This document shows, in pieces, positions 37,701-49,700 of a stretch of DNA of 64,000 nucleotides (its first letter is position 1; every line of letters begins with the position of its first letter). This DNA is from Phoronis australis (lineage: Eukaryota > Animalia > Phoronida), in NCBI GenBank assembly GCA_002633005.1, contig NMRA01000094.1, forward strand, positions 182,006 to 246,005. Direction: 5' to 3'. A program made the translations under genes and the position numbers. The notes beneath the pieces were generated by a model. That model ran no database searches and had not been told where the DNA came from. It worked only from the letters and a program-made list of their open reading frames with translations.

Positions 37701-40700
37701 ACTATCTCATCTTGTTTTTGTGCAGTTTTGTCCTTTGATTGTAACAAAAACTATTTTTGTTTTCGTATTTGTTAGCTGATTTTATTGAAAGAACCTCATT
37801 CACTTTTGATATTTGTTTTAGTTGGTTTGTTTTCATACTGTGTATACATAATGTTGCCGTTCGTTTTCCACCTGGTAGTCAGTGTATATGATAGTTTACA
37901 TTGCAACAACTATGTCTCTTGTTGCAGGATGACATGCATGTGCGTGTTTACAACTACAACACACTGGAGAGAGTGCACGCATTTGAAGCTCACTCGGACT
38001 ATGTCCGCTGCATTGCTGTCCATCCAACCCAGCCCTACATCCTCACTAGCAGTGGTAAGCGTACCCTGGTGGCCATTAGCCTAGTTAAACATGTATTTGC
38101 ATGGTGATGCTTTCAATCCGTAGAAATTTCAAAACAATATAATGTTGATACTTTTGATTATGTTGACTTGTAGCGATGATTCACTTCTAGCAGTTTGTGA
38201 AACATTTGCCTCTGTTTAACATTCAATGGGTAGCTAATGCAGCTTGCCTCACGTATTACAAGCTCGTCTTTGAAAATAGGTAAATTTTCATTTGAAGAGG
38301 GACCTATTGTTGAATAAAATGTAGGGTAGACCCAAAGTGCTGCTAGCTGATTTGTGGACATGGTATGTTATGTTTTCATGGTGTTGCATAGATGTGTTAA
38401 ACTGTATGCTTTGTGATATGATAGATGACATGTTGATTAAGCTTTGGGACTGGGAAAAGAAGTGGGCGTGTACCCAGGTGTTTGAAGGACACACCCACTA
38501 TGTCATGCAAATTGTCATCAACCCCAAGGACAACAACACATTTGCCAGCTCCTCTCTGGACAAGACTGTCAAGGTAAGTTGTCTTTACCTTAAGAATGGA
38601 TTAGTATCCTCTGGTCACTTGACCATACTCCGCCTCAGTAGTGGACAGTTTAACTAACAAAACACGCCCAGCCTCAACAATGGACAGTTAAACTAACAAA
38701 ACACGCTTAGCCCCAATAATGAACAGTTAAACTTTCAAAACACACTCAACCTCAGCAACAGAGAGTTGAACCTACAAAACACACTCGGCCTCAATAGTGG
38801 ATACTCCAGTACATTTAAGTATTCAAACAAAAAATGAAAAATCTCGAAAAGTGGCAGTCACACGAGTATAAATAAATATGCAGCATTTTAAGGTATGAAG
38901 ATTCATAAAGCAAGTGCTTTCATGAGTTATTCGATGAAACATGAAATGACTTCGCGAAGGTTGACAACTACCTTGTGAATTGGAATCAAATAACTGCAAC
39001 ATGGTCTTCAACACTAACAGAAACCATTTGTTTAACAAACTATTTACAGTTTTCTTAAATTCCCTGTGAAAAGGCCAAGTTTTGACTCCAGTTATGCACT
39101 CTGGCTTATTTTCTTGGTGTATCGTAGGTATGGCAGCTGGGTTCTCCCACACCCAACTTCACTCTGGAGGGTCATGAGAAGGGTGTCAACTGTGTGGACT
39201 ACTACAGCGGAGGGGACAAGCCCTACCTCATCTCAGGAGCTGACGACAGGCTGGTCAAGATCTGGGACTACCAGGTGACTTTCTATTGTCACTACCCTGT
39301 TGAACAATACACCTAAACATTAAATGTCTCCCTCATAGATGGATGACTTTAGCAGTGCTCTGGCGCATAGCTTGTACAAAATCTTGTTTGAGTACTTGTA
39401 ACTTAGTGTAATATTGATAATAATTACAACAATAATGATAATAGTAATAGTAATGGTAATAATAACAGCAAGGGTGTAGGGCATCACTAGATTGGCACAC
39501 GCCACTTTTCAATCTGCCCTGCCCCTCCCCCCAAGGCCCGGGGAGCCAGACTTTTCAATGTTTTTTGGGAAGAGTGTTTCTTAATGTCACAATGGATTCA
39601 GTGATTTCTAATATCAATCAGCAAGTGTTCACTCACCATACAGTTATTTCAGATGGTCTACAAAGCAGTAGTCAATTAGAATGTGTCCTTTGTTTGCTTC
39701 AGAACAAGACGTGTGTTCAGACTCTGGAGGGCCACGCCCAAAATATTGCAGCTGTAGCTTTCCACCCAGAGTTGCCCATCATACTGACAGGGTCGGAGGA
39801 TGGTAAGTTGGTACACAGAGTTGCCCATCGTAGTGACGGGCTCTTAGGATGGCAAGTTGGTAGACAGAGGTGCCCATCATAGTGATGGGCTCGGAGGATG
39901 GTAAGTTGGTAGACAGAAGTGCCCATCATACTGAAGGGCTCGGAGGATGGTAAGTTGGTACAGAGTTGCCCATCATTTTGACGGGTTTGAAGGATGGTAA
40001 ATTAGTGGACAGAGCATCATTCTGGTACTGTATATCGTGAAATAATTGGAAAATGAAATTTCATCTGTCTACCATATTGTGTTCTAAATTGGTTCGATTT
40101 TATTGTTTTGTACCCATATGGCTGGACTTGATTGCTGAGCTTTGTATCATTGTAATAGTTTTGTGATGTCATTTGTGTAATATGCAGAGTTAGTGATTTT
40201 ACATTCTCATCTCCTAAACCCATTGCAGGATCTTTGTGAAAATTGACATGTATTTTCCTATCAATGGTTCAACAGTTGGCAATTTCTTTCTGATGGATAT
40301 GACTGTCACTGTGTCTCATACTAGTAATTTAATTTGTTTTATTTGTTTGCTCCTGTGTCACTGGAGGTCATCGACTAATTTTCTTGAAATGGACTTCTGT
40401 GAGGGAAGTGATGAGGATTTCCCATTTTCTGGCGCCACTTGTGATACTAATAAACAGCTCTTGAGGAATATCGTTAGTGGTGCACATTTCAACACTGTGT
40501 TGTTTTTGTGTTTCAGGCACAGTGAGGATATGGCATGCTAACACGTACCGACTAGAGAGTACACTAAACTATGGGCTGGAGAGAGTGTGGGCAATATCCT
40601 GCCGGCGTGGAACAAACAATGTGGCTCTTGGCTATGATGAGGGCAGTATCATTGTTAAGGTGAGTTGGCATGGCTCTTGGCTATGATGAGGGCAGTATCA

Positions 40701-43700
40701 TTGTTAAGGTGAGTTGGCATGGCTCTTGGCTATGATGAGGGTAGTATCATTGTTAAGGTGAGTTGGCATGGCTCTTGGCTATGATGAGGGCAGTATCATT
40801 GTTAAGGTGAGTTGGCATGTCTTGCATCTCTTTACATTCCTTCACTCATGTCTTGATTAATTGGATAGTGCATAAGTGTAAGAGACTTGCTAAATATCAG
40901 AGTAATGCTTGTGAAGAATTATTGAAATGGTGCATGCTTTAAAACTAGTCATCCTTCATTGCTTTCAAATTCAAATACACCCAAAGTCAGAAATACAAAA
41001 TACCTATTATAGAATTTTCGTTTACTGGTTTAGTATATCCATCAGTACCCTCGCTTATTTGAAGGAAAGATTTTTGTTTACTTTCTGAGAGGGAAACCCC
41101 TGCCCTCGTCACTGCCTATTCCATCCCCGGGTGTCCACCCATCATCAACAATGCCTCAAGTAGCCAAAATGTTTTACAAAATGATTCTACCGAAAGATCT
41201 CGCATTGACAAATACAGCTTTATAATTATTGACAGTGATAGTAATCGTTATCGCTTGAAAATTCAGTGTTCATAAACGCCCTCACTCAGTGCACAGGTTT
41301 CCCATGAGTCATGATTCGCTGATTGTTAGCCAGTCCTGTTTTGGTATTTTTGCGTGTTTTAGAAGTTTCAGTGTATTGTACCAGTAGTTATCTAGGCATT
41401 CATTCTCTGAGTAAAGCTTGCCAATGGTGAATGTTTTACTGACGAAACATGTCGCTATATCTTAGAAAAGTTACTGTCAAAATGATTCTAACTTTGAGGG
41501 GATTTTTTAATCACAAAAGGGGATTTTGTATTTGATTTGACAGTAATTTCACTTGATTTTTGAATAATTTTCATAGGGCAACGTGGTTGATATGTGCTCC
41601 ACATTCGTGGTATTAAGGGCTTTGTCAAGAGTGCCAAATGGTATGTTTTCTGAACTGTGTATCAAGTTTTTCAAAAGCACTGATTGATATGAACGCTATA
41701 ACCAGCCTTCAGAACACAATATTTTATATTATGACTGCAGTTCAAATGTACTTGATTCTGTGGTTCAGATACTTGATATTTGATAGCGCAGATACTGTAG
41801 AATGTTGATTTAGTTGTTTGGGAACTTAGTTATTTGAAACCTTTGAGTACACTACTGTAAAGGATAGAACTGATTTTAAGAAAGCCTACTTAACAAGGGC
41901 CTTCTCAATCTACTGTGTTTTGTCTTTGTTAGCTGGGCCGTGAGGAGCCGGCTATGTCAATGGACATGAGTGGTAAAATTATGTGGGCTAAACACTCCGA
42001 GATCCAACAGGCTAATCTGAAAACAGTGGTGGACCAGGAGATCAAGGATGGAGAGAGACTACCATTAGCTGTCAAGGACATGGGCAGCTGTGAGGTCTAC
42101 CCACAGACCATAGCACACAACCCCAATGGAAGGTAGGGGCCGAGGAATGGGCAGAAGTTGTACTGATGTAATTGTGTAGTTATTTGGAGCATTTTTCAAC
42201 TTCCATTTCTCTTTAAGGCCAATTCACTTGAAATTTTGTTCATTTAATTTTTTTACTTGGCGAAGTATGTTGCTCTTCCATCAAGTTTTTTTTTGTATTC
42301 GCACGATACAGGTCGAAATTTTCGTCTGATCATCACGAAATTTACATGTAGTTTCGGAAGTGCTGGAAGCCTATTGTTTTTCGTCATAATCTGATCCAAG
42401 ATGGTGGCTGTGGTGGCCATTTTGTTTTCATTTTAAGATTCAAAGGCTTCTGGAGGCTACAATTTTTTACATACAGATTTGAAACTCAGCACAATTAATG
42501 GACTGGATGTGCACTACATGTGTACCAGTAATTGTTTACTTCCGGTTAAAGATGGCGGAAATATTGGCATTCGCGCATGTGCACCTCGATTTCGGAAAAA
42601 AACGGTTTCTCCCGTAGAAGGCGCAATATAGGGCCAATTCCTTTGAATTTTTGCAGTTCTTAGTTTTTTATGATTTGCTATTATACAAAGCCAAAAAAAC
42701 CGGAAGTTGTTTTAAAGATGGCGGTTCTGGCGCAAGTTGACCTATTTTCAGTCGTGCTGAGGTGCTACTTAAACGGGAGGAGAAAATGACATGAATTTTT
42801 GCATGTGGATTCTCTGTGGTACACTCTTTCAAATGAACTGTAACAATCTTTTCTCAGACTTACCGTTTTCGAGATATTTGATTTTAAATTTATTATAAAA
42901 AAACGCAAAATTTCATTTTTTTCGAAAAAAATTACGGAATTGTGTGATACTATCAATTTAGATAGAGTTTTGAATGGGTTTTCAGAAGATGTTTTCCATT
43001 TTTGCTAGGACGTCTACTTTTCGAGTTATTTGAGATTTTCTGATAATGCTGTTCCTTTGTTGAGCGCTCTTGCTGCATTGATGTTGGTTTAGCTTCTATT
43101 GAACTAGACTGTAGCCTATTTCTTATTGATTTATGACATCTAAGTTCGTCATATGAATGTTGTGATGTTGTTCATCATCTCCACCACCATCATCATCTTC
43201 GTCATCTTCGTCATCATCTCCGATGTCATCTTTTCTTCAGTTAATTTCGCCAAGTGTCGCTCAAGACTGTAGCCTATCTCTTAGTGATTTCTGCCATCTA
43301 CGTTCGTCATATGAATGATATCATAACTTGTATTGTGTATCATCGCCACCATCGTTGTCATAGCTGTCATCTTCATCATCTCTGTCGTCGTCATTTCTCG
43401 TCATCTCTAACTTGGTTTTTTTGGTTAATTTCGCCAAGTTTTTCTCCTCTGAGCACTTTCATTTTGTTAAGAGAATTTGTCTCAGTTTTCAGATTTTCTT
43501 TTGCATGTTGGAGATATCGGTCATCATAAATCAAAACTTTGGACATTGTTTGAAGAACATACTGTGATGCTGATATCTATGTTCTGTTGTCATTGACAGA
43601 AATAGCGTATACTTCCAAAACAAAGTCTTCCACAGTGTAGGTTTTCAGAAATTCATTCTCGGAAGTGCAAAATGGCAATTATTACAAAGTAATGGCCACA

Positions 43701-46700
43701 CAATTGAAAATGGTGTTTTTAAGTTTTAAGACATGACTTGAGATTTTCTACTAAGGATTCAGACGTAATTTGAGAATAGAAATCATTCGATAAAATATGA
43801 ATGGACATCAGTAATTTGAACTCTTGGAATGTGCCAAGGCTGTGTCCTAGCACAAACCCTGCACATATTATGCATCAAGTGTCTCTTTAGTGGAGACGTT
43901 TTACCATGATACTTGATTTTTGCTTTCTTTTGGAAGATGTTGTTTTTCAAAATATTTTAAATGTATTACAGGCTTTAGTGTTTTCCATCCAATGCTAAGG
44001 CCTTGTTTTACTTGGAATACACGAAAATGTTTTCAACATTACATGTGGTTATTCGGTAGGTTTGTGGTAGTCTGTGGTGACGGGGAGTATATCATCTACA
44101 CAGCCATGGCGTTGCGCAACAAGAGCTTTGGTTCGGCTCAGGAGTTTGTTTGGTCCAATGACGCCTCCATGTACTGCACCAGAGAGGGCAGTAGCCTGGT
44201 CAAGATCTTCAAGAACTTCAAGGAAGTCAAGTCATTCAAGCCTGATTTTGGAGCAGAGGGTGGGTATTGATCCAGATGGCATGGTGCCTGTTCTAGTTAG
44301 CCTGATTTTGGAGCAGAGGGTGGGTATTGATCCAGATGGTATGGTGCCTGTTCTAGTTAGCCAGATTTTGGAGCAGAGGGTGGGTATTGATCCGGATGGT
44401 ATGGTGCCTGTTCTAGTTAGCCTAATTTTGGAGCAGAGGGTGGGTATTGATCCAGATGGTATGGTGCCTGTTCTAGTTAGNNNNNNNNNNNNNNNNNNNN
44501 NNNNNNNNNNNNNNNNNNNNNNNNNNNNNNNNNNNNNNNNNNNNNNNNNNNNNNNNNNNNNNNNNNNNNNNNNNNNNNNNNNNNNNNNNNNNNNNNNNNN
44601 NNNNNNNNNNNNNNNNNNNNNNNNNNNNNNNNNNNNNNNNNNNNNNNNNNNNNNNNNNNNNNNNNNNNNNNNNNNNNNNNNNNNNNNNNNNNNNNNNNNN
44701 NNNNNNNNNNNNNNNNNNNNNNNNNNNNNNNNNNNNNNNNNNNNNNNNNNNNNNNNNNNNNNNNNNNNNNNNNNNNNNNNNNNNNNNNNNNNNNNNNNNN
44801 NNNNNNNNNNNNNNNNNNNNNNNNNNNNNNNNNNNNNNNNNNNNNNNNNNNNNNNNNNNNNNNNNNNNNNNNNNNNNNNNNNNNNNNNNNNNNNNNNNNN
44901 NNNNNNNNNNNNNNNNNNNNNNNNNNNNNNNNNNNNNNNNNNNNNNNNNNNNNNNNNNNNNNNNNNNNNNNNNNNNNNNNNNNNNNNNNNNNNNNNNNNN
45001 NNNNNNNNNNNNNNNNNNNNNNNNNNNNNNNNNNNNNNNNNNNNNNNNNNNNNNNNNNNNNNNNNNNNNNNNNNNNNNNNNNNNNNNNNNNNNNNNNNNN
45101 NNNNNNNNNNNNNNNNNNNNNNNNNNNNNNNNNNNNNNNNNNNNNNNNNNNNNNNNNNNNNNNNNNNNNNNNNNNNNNNNNNNNNNNNNNNNNNNNNNNN
45201 NNNNNNNNNNNNNNNNNNNNNNNNNNNNNNNNNNNNNNNNNNNNNNNNNNNNNNNNNNNNNNNNNNNNNNNNNNNNNNNNNNNNNNNNNNNNNNNNNNNN
45301 NNNNNNNNNNNNNNNNNNNNNNNNNNNNNNNNNNNNNNNNNNNNNNNNNNNNNNNNNNNNNNNNNNNNNNNNNNNNNNNNNNNNNNNNNNNNNNNNNNNN
45401 NNNNNNNNNNNNNNNTGATTGTGAAAATTGGCATGTATGTTCTTACTATGAAGAGGACGATTGACGCTGAATTTCCCATGACTTTGATTACTGTGGCGCC
45501 TCCTAGTGGCAGTTTTTTTTTTGCGCCCATGGCTGTATCTCGCAAACCGTTTGCAGGATCTTTACTAAATTTAGCGAGTGTATTTATTTGATGTTGACAA
45601 CAGACGATGACGACTTTAGGAGTATTCTGACTACCCGTATGCCTCTAGTGGCAATTTTAGTATTTTACATTGACCTCTGTATTTCCATAGGTCTTCAGGT
45701 GTATTCCTTTGTGTTTCTTCGTGACTATGAAGGAAAAGTTCCAAGTAGAAATTTGTTTCTGGCATTCTAATGCTGTGCTAATCTCGTATGTTGGTAAATT
45801 TGTTTTTAATTCTATGTTTCTGTGGTGCTTTAAGCTACTGATGTATAGGATGTGCTTGTATTATGAAGATCACTCACATTTTGCCCCTAGCCTATTGAGG
45901 AGACAATGACCATGCCTTTCCATTTTGCAAAGTGCAACATACTACATATATGCCCTCTACTGGCCACTTTATGGTACCAATAAACAACCCTAGAAGGATA
46001 CCGTATACGGTGCAATTGTGGGCGCATTTCAACGCTCTGCGTTGCTCTTGTTGAAAGGGGTGTCGGAGCAAAGATTTTTTAAAAAAAGGGGGCCCAAGTC
46101 AACAATTTGAAAATTCTAGATTTGATATCACTCTAATCAAGGAAAAGTGAGAAGTTCGGACTCCATTGACCCCCTGGATTCACCTGTGGAGACTATGGTG
46201 CGTCCCTGACTGAGTCTGTAGTGTGTCTGGTGACTTTGTAGGCATCTATGGTGGGTTCATGTTGGGTGTCCGGTCAGTCAGTGGTCTTGCCTTCTATGAC
46301 TGGGAAAGTAATGATTTGGTACGCAGGATAGAGATCACAGCCAAACATGTGAGTTATAACTTTTACTTTGCAAGTGGTGCTGCAGCTTTCTTGTTTGATC
46401 AGTTATGTTATTTGTGTGCAACATTACACTTTCTGTTTGTCACCTTTTATGAGCTGTGACATGTGCAAGTGCAGCACTCATGCTAATGTTCCATCCATTT
46501 GAATCTTATGTAGTAATCTGCCAGATAGAGATTACCTAGCTACTCTGCCAGTGTTTGACTAGCTTCTCATTATGTAGTGCAGTTGACATCACTGTTTTCT
46601 ATCCTGCATTGTCTGTGACATCACTCCTATGTGTTTAACATTTTAGTTGTTCTGGAATGAGAGTGGCGAGCTCCTGTGTATTGCCACTGAGGAGTCATAC

Positions 46701-49700
46701 TTCATTCTTCGATACAGTGCTGAAGCTGTGGAGAAAGCGCGCGAGACTAACGAGGGAATTACAGAGGATGGAATTGAGGATGCTTTTGAGGTAAGAGCTG
46801 CCATGCAGACTTGTGTGTCGACACATTTTGAGGTAGGAGCTGCGATGCAGTCTTGTGTGGCAGTACATTTTGAAGTAGGGGCTGCCATGCAGTCTTGTGT
46901 GTCAACACATTTTGAGTTAGAAATTGGCATGCAGTCTTGTGTGTCGACACATTTTGTGAAAAGAGATGTCTAATGACTGTGTTAAATTCACCAATTCTTT
47001 TGTAGTTCTCATTTGTTGTGTAAGAGTGGATAAGTTAAAGAGATTTTTCAGGTTGTGTCTAAGTGTCCTTGAGTGTTTTCCTGCCTGTTGTGTTGTAGGT
47101 GCTTGGAGAGGTTGAGGAGTGTGTCAAGACAGGTGTCTGGGTCGGAGACTGTTTCATTTACACCAACAGTGTGAACAGACTCAACTACTATGTGGGTGGA
47201 GAGATTGTCACCATTGCACACTTAGACAGGTGACTTGTCATCGGCACATTGCACTCTTATCTTTTAGCATCAAGCCAAGATAATGTATTGTTTGACTACC
47301 AAGTGTCTGTTGTATTCTTGTTCAGCTCACTCTGATGCAACCAGACAAGGTTATGTAGTAATAACAATCAGCATTAACTGGGCCCCCCAGATTAATAGCA
47401 AGAACAATTTATGTCACCTATTCTGACTGTAGTTGAGACTAGGAAAGTGGGGAGTGATAGCCAACTGGCATGAAAAGCAAGGTTTTGAACTCACTCACCT
47501 AAATTTCTAGACTAAGTGGATATCAACATATTTTCAAATGAACTTATTTTCAAATGTGTCTTTCTGGATATCTCATGAGAACAGGTCATCTAGACCTTCT
47601 CACCACCTTTGAGTGGCTGCACATTGCCCTGCTGACCTGTCCTCGCCACTTTTGAATGTGCACATTCCCCGCTGACCTCTGAACCTTGCATGTGGTAGTG
47701 AAGCTTGTGTTATTGTTTGTTAGGGTGATGTACCTGTTGGGCTACATTCCTAAGGAGAACCGCCTATACCTGGGTGATAAAGAACTCAATGTGGTTAGCT
47801 TCAGTCTATTGCTGTCTGTACTTGAGTATCAGACAGCCGTCATGAGAAAGGATTTTGACACTGCAGACAAGGTGCTACCTACCATCCCCAAGGAACAGCG
47901 TAACCGTGTGGCACATTTCTTGGAAAAACAGGTAATGTTTTGTTATAATTCTGTGGTTAGGGACTTTATAAGCTATGTAGTCACATTTTAAAATGACTGA
48001 TGGTCACCTGAAAGTGGTGGTTTTAATATAATAAAATCTGATCAGTGCATTCCAACAATTAACTTTATGTCCGTGTGAGTCTACAAGTGATGGGTCTGTT
48101 CTGCCAGTCTGAGTCATGTGTCTGTTCTGCCAGTCTGAGTCATGTGTCTGTTCTGCCAGTCTGAGTCGTGTGTCTGTTCTGCCAGTCTGAGTCATGTGTC
48201 TGTTCTTCTTGCAGGGATTTAAGACACAAGCGTTGGCTGTCACATGCGACCCGGAGCACAAGTTTGACTTGGCATTGGGTTTAGGTGACCTGCAGACTGC
48301 ATACACCATCGCTAAGGAAGTGGAGTCAGAACACAAGTGGAAACAGTTGGCAGAGCTGGCCACAGCCAAGTGTGAGTTTGGTTTGGCTCAACAGTGTCTG
48401 CATCAGGCTAACGACTTTGGTGGTCTACTGCTGCTGGCATCTGCTGCTGGCAATCCTGGAATGGTAAGTGGAAGTAGGAGGCATGGGGAGGGCCTGGCCC
48501 AGTAGTCTGTTGAGAGGGGAGTAGGAGGCATGGGGAGAGCCTGGCCCAGTAGTCTGTTGAGAGGGGAGTAGGAGGTATGGGGAGAGCCTAGCCCAGTAGT
48601 CTGTTGAGAGGGGAGTAGGAGGTATGGGGAGAGCCTGGCCCAGTAGTCTGTTGAGAGGGGAGTAGGAGGNNNNNNNNNNNNNNNNNNNNNNNNNNNNNNN
48701 NNNNNNNNNNNNNNNNNNNNNNNNNNNNNNNNNNAGGGAGGACTTGTAGGTATGAGGTGGGGTGGGGGGGGGGCTTGGCCCAGTATTCTGTGGAATGTTG
48801 AGAGGGGAGTAGGAGGTATGAGGGGAGATCCGGCCCAAGAGCCTGGGGGACTAATGATAGACTGAATGATTTTCTGTTGTAATGAAGGAGGCAATATCTT
48901 TGTAATATGTACTCCAGGTACAGAAGGTGGGTGATGGTGCGCGGTCAGCAGGTCAGAACAACGTGGCCTTCCTCTCCCATTTTATGCTGGGTCAGCTGGA
49001 GGAGTGCCTAGAGGTGTTAGTAGAAACTGGACGACTTCCTGAGGCGGCATTCTTTGCGCGCACCTATCTGCCGAGCCAGATATCCAGGTAAAGAGCTAAC
49101 ACAGGTGTGTTTAGGCACTTAACAACTAGCTGATGTCCAGTGTTGTCTCATGTTCAGTAATCAATTGATAATTTATGAAGTAGGAAACGCAGGTGTAGAT
49201 CTCCAGCTGCCCTCAAAATAGTCAAAAGTGGCAGATATTCATATTGATACTTGTTTGTCAGAATTGCTATAATAGATTCACTGCTTGGAGAGAAAGGTAT
49301 TGTTGAGAATTATGATTATGTAATATGAGAAAATGAAATAATGCCATGGTGTCAAACATTTGTTTTCACAAAGCATCCCACCATGAATATGTGATCAAAA
49401 CTGTGTCATGTGCTTATTTTCTGGAGTTGTCTCTCTTAGAGTGGTTGGTCTATGGCGGGAGAGTCTGTCCACAGTAAACGCCAAGGCAGCGTCATCGCTG
49501 GCTGACCCAACGGAGTATGAAAACCTCTTCCCTGGTCTGACTGATGCATTCCGTGTAGAACAGATGCTGAAGCCTGAGAGGCAGCGGAGGATACCAGCAA
49601 ATAAATACCCACAAGTGACGGTATGTAGCTTTGTTGTCAGTGTTACCTCAGTGTGTGCAGGTCAGATGGATTGCATTAATATATTGAAGGAATACTCAAT

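Noticed and set aside
44074-45591. 505-aa and 437-aa ORFs in the ORF track
   Set aside because: They run through a minisatellite and an N gap; not genes.
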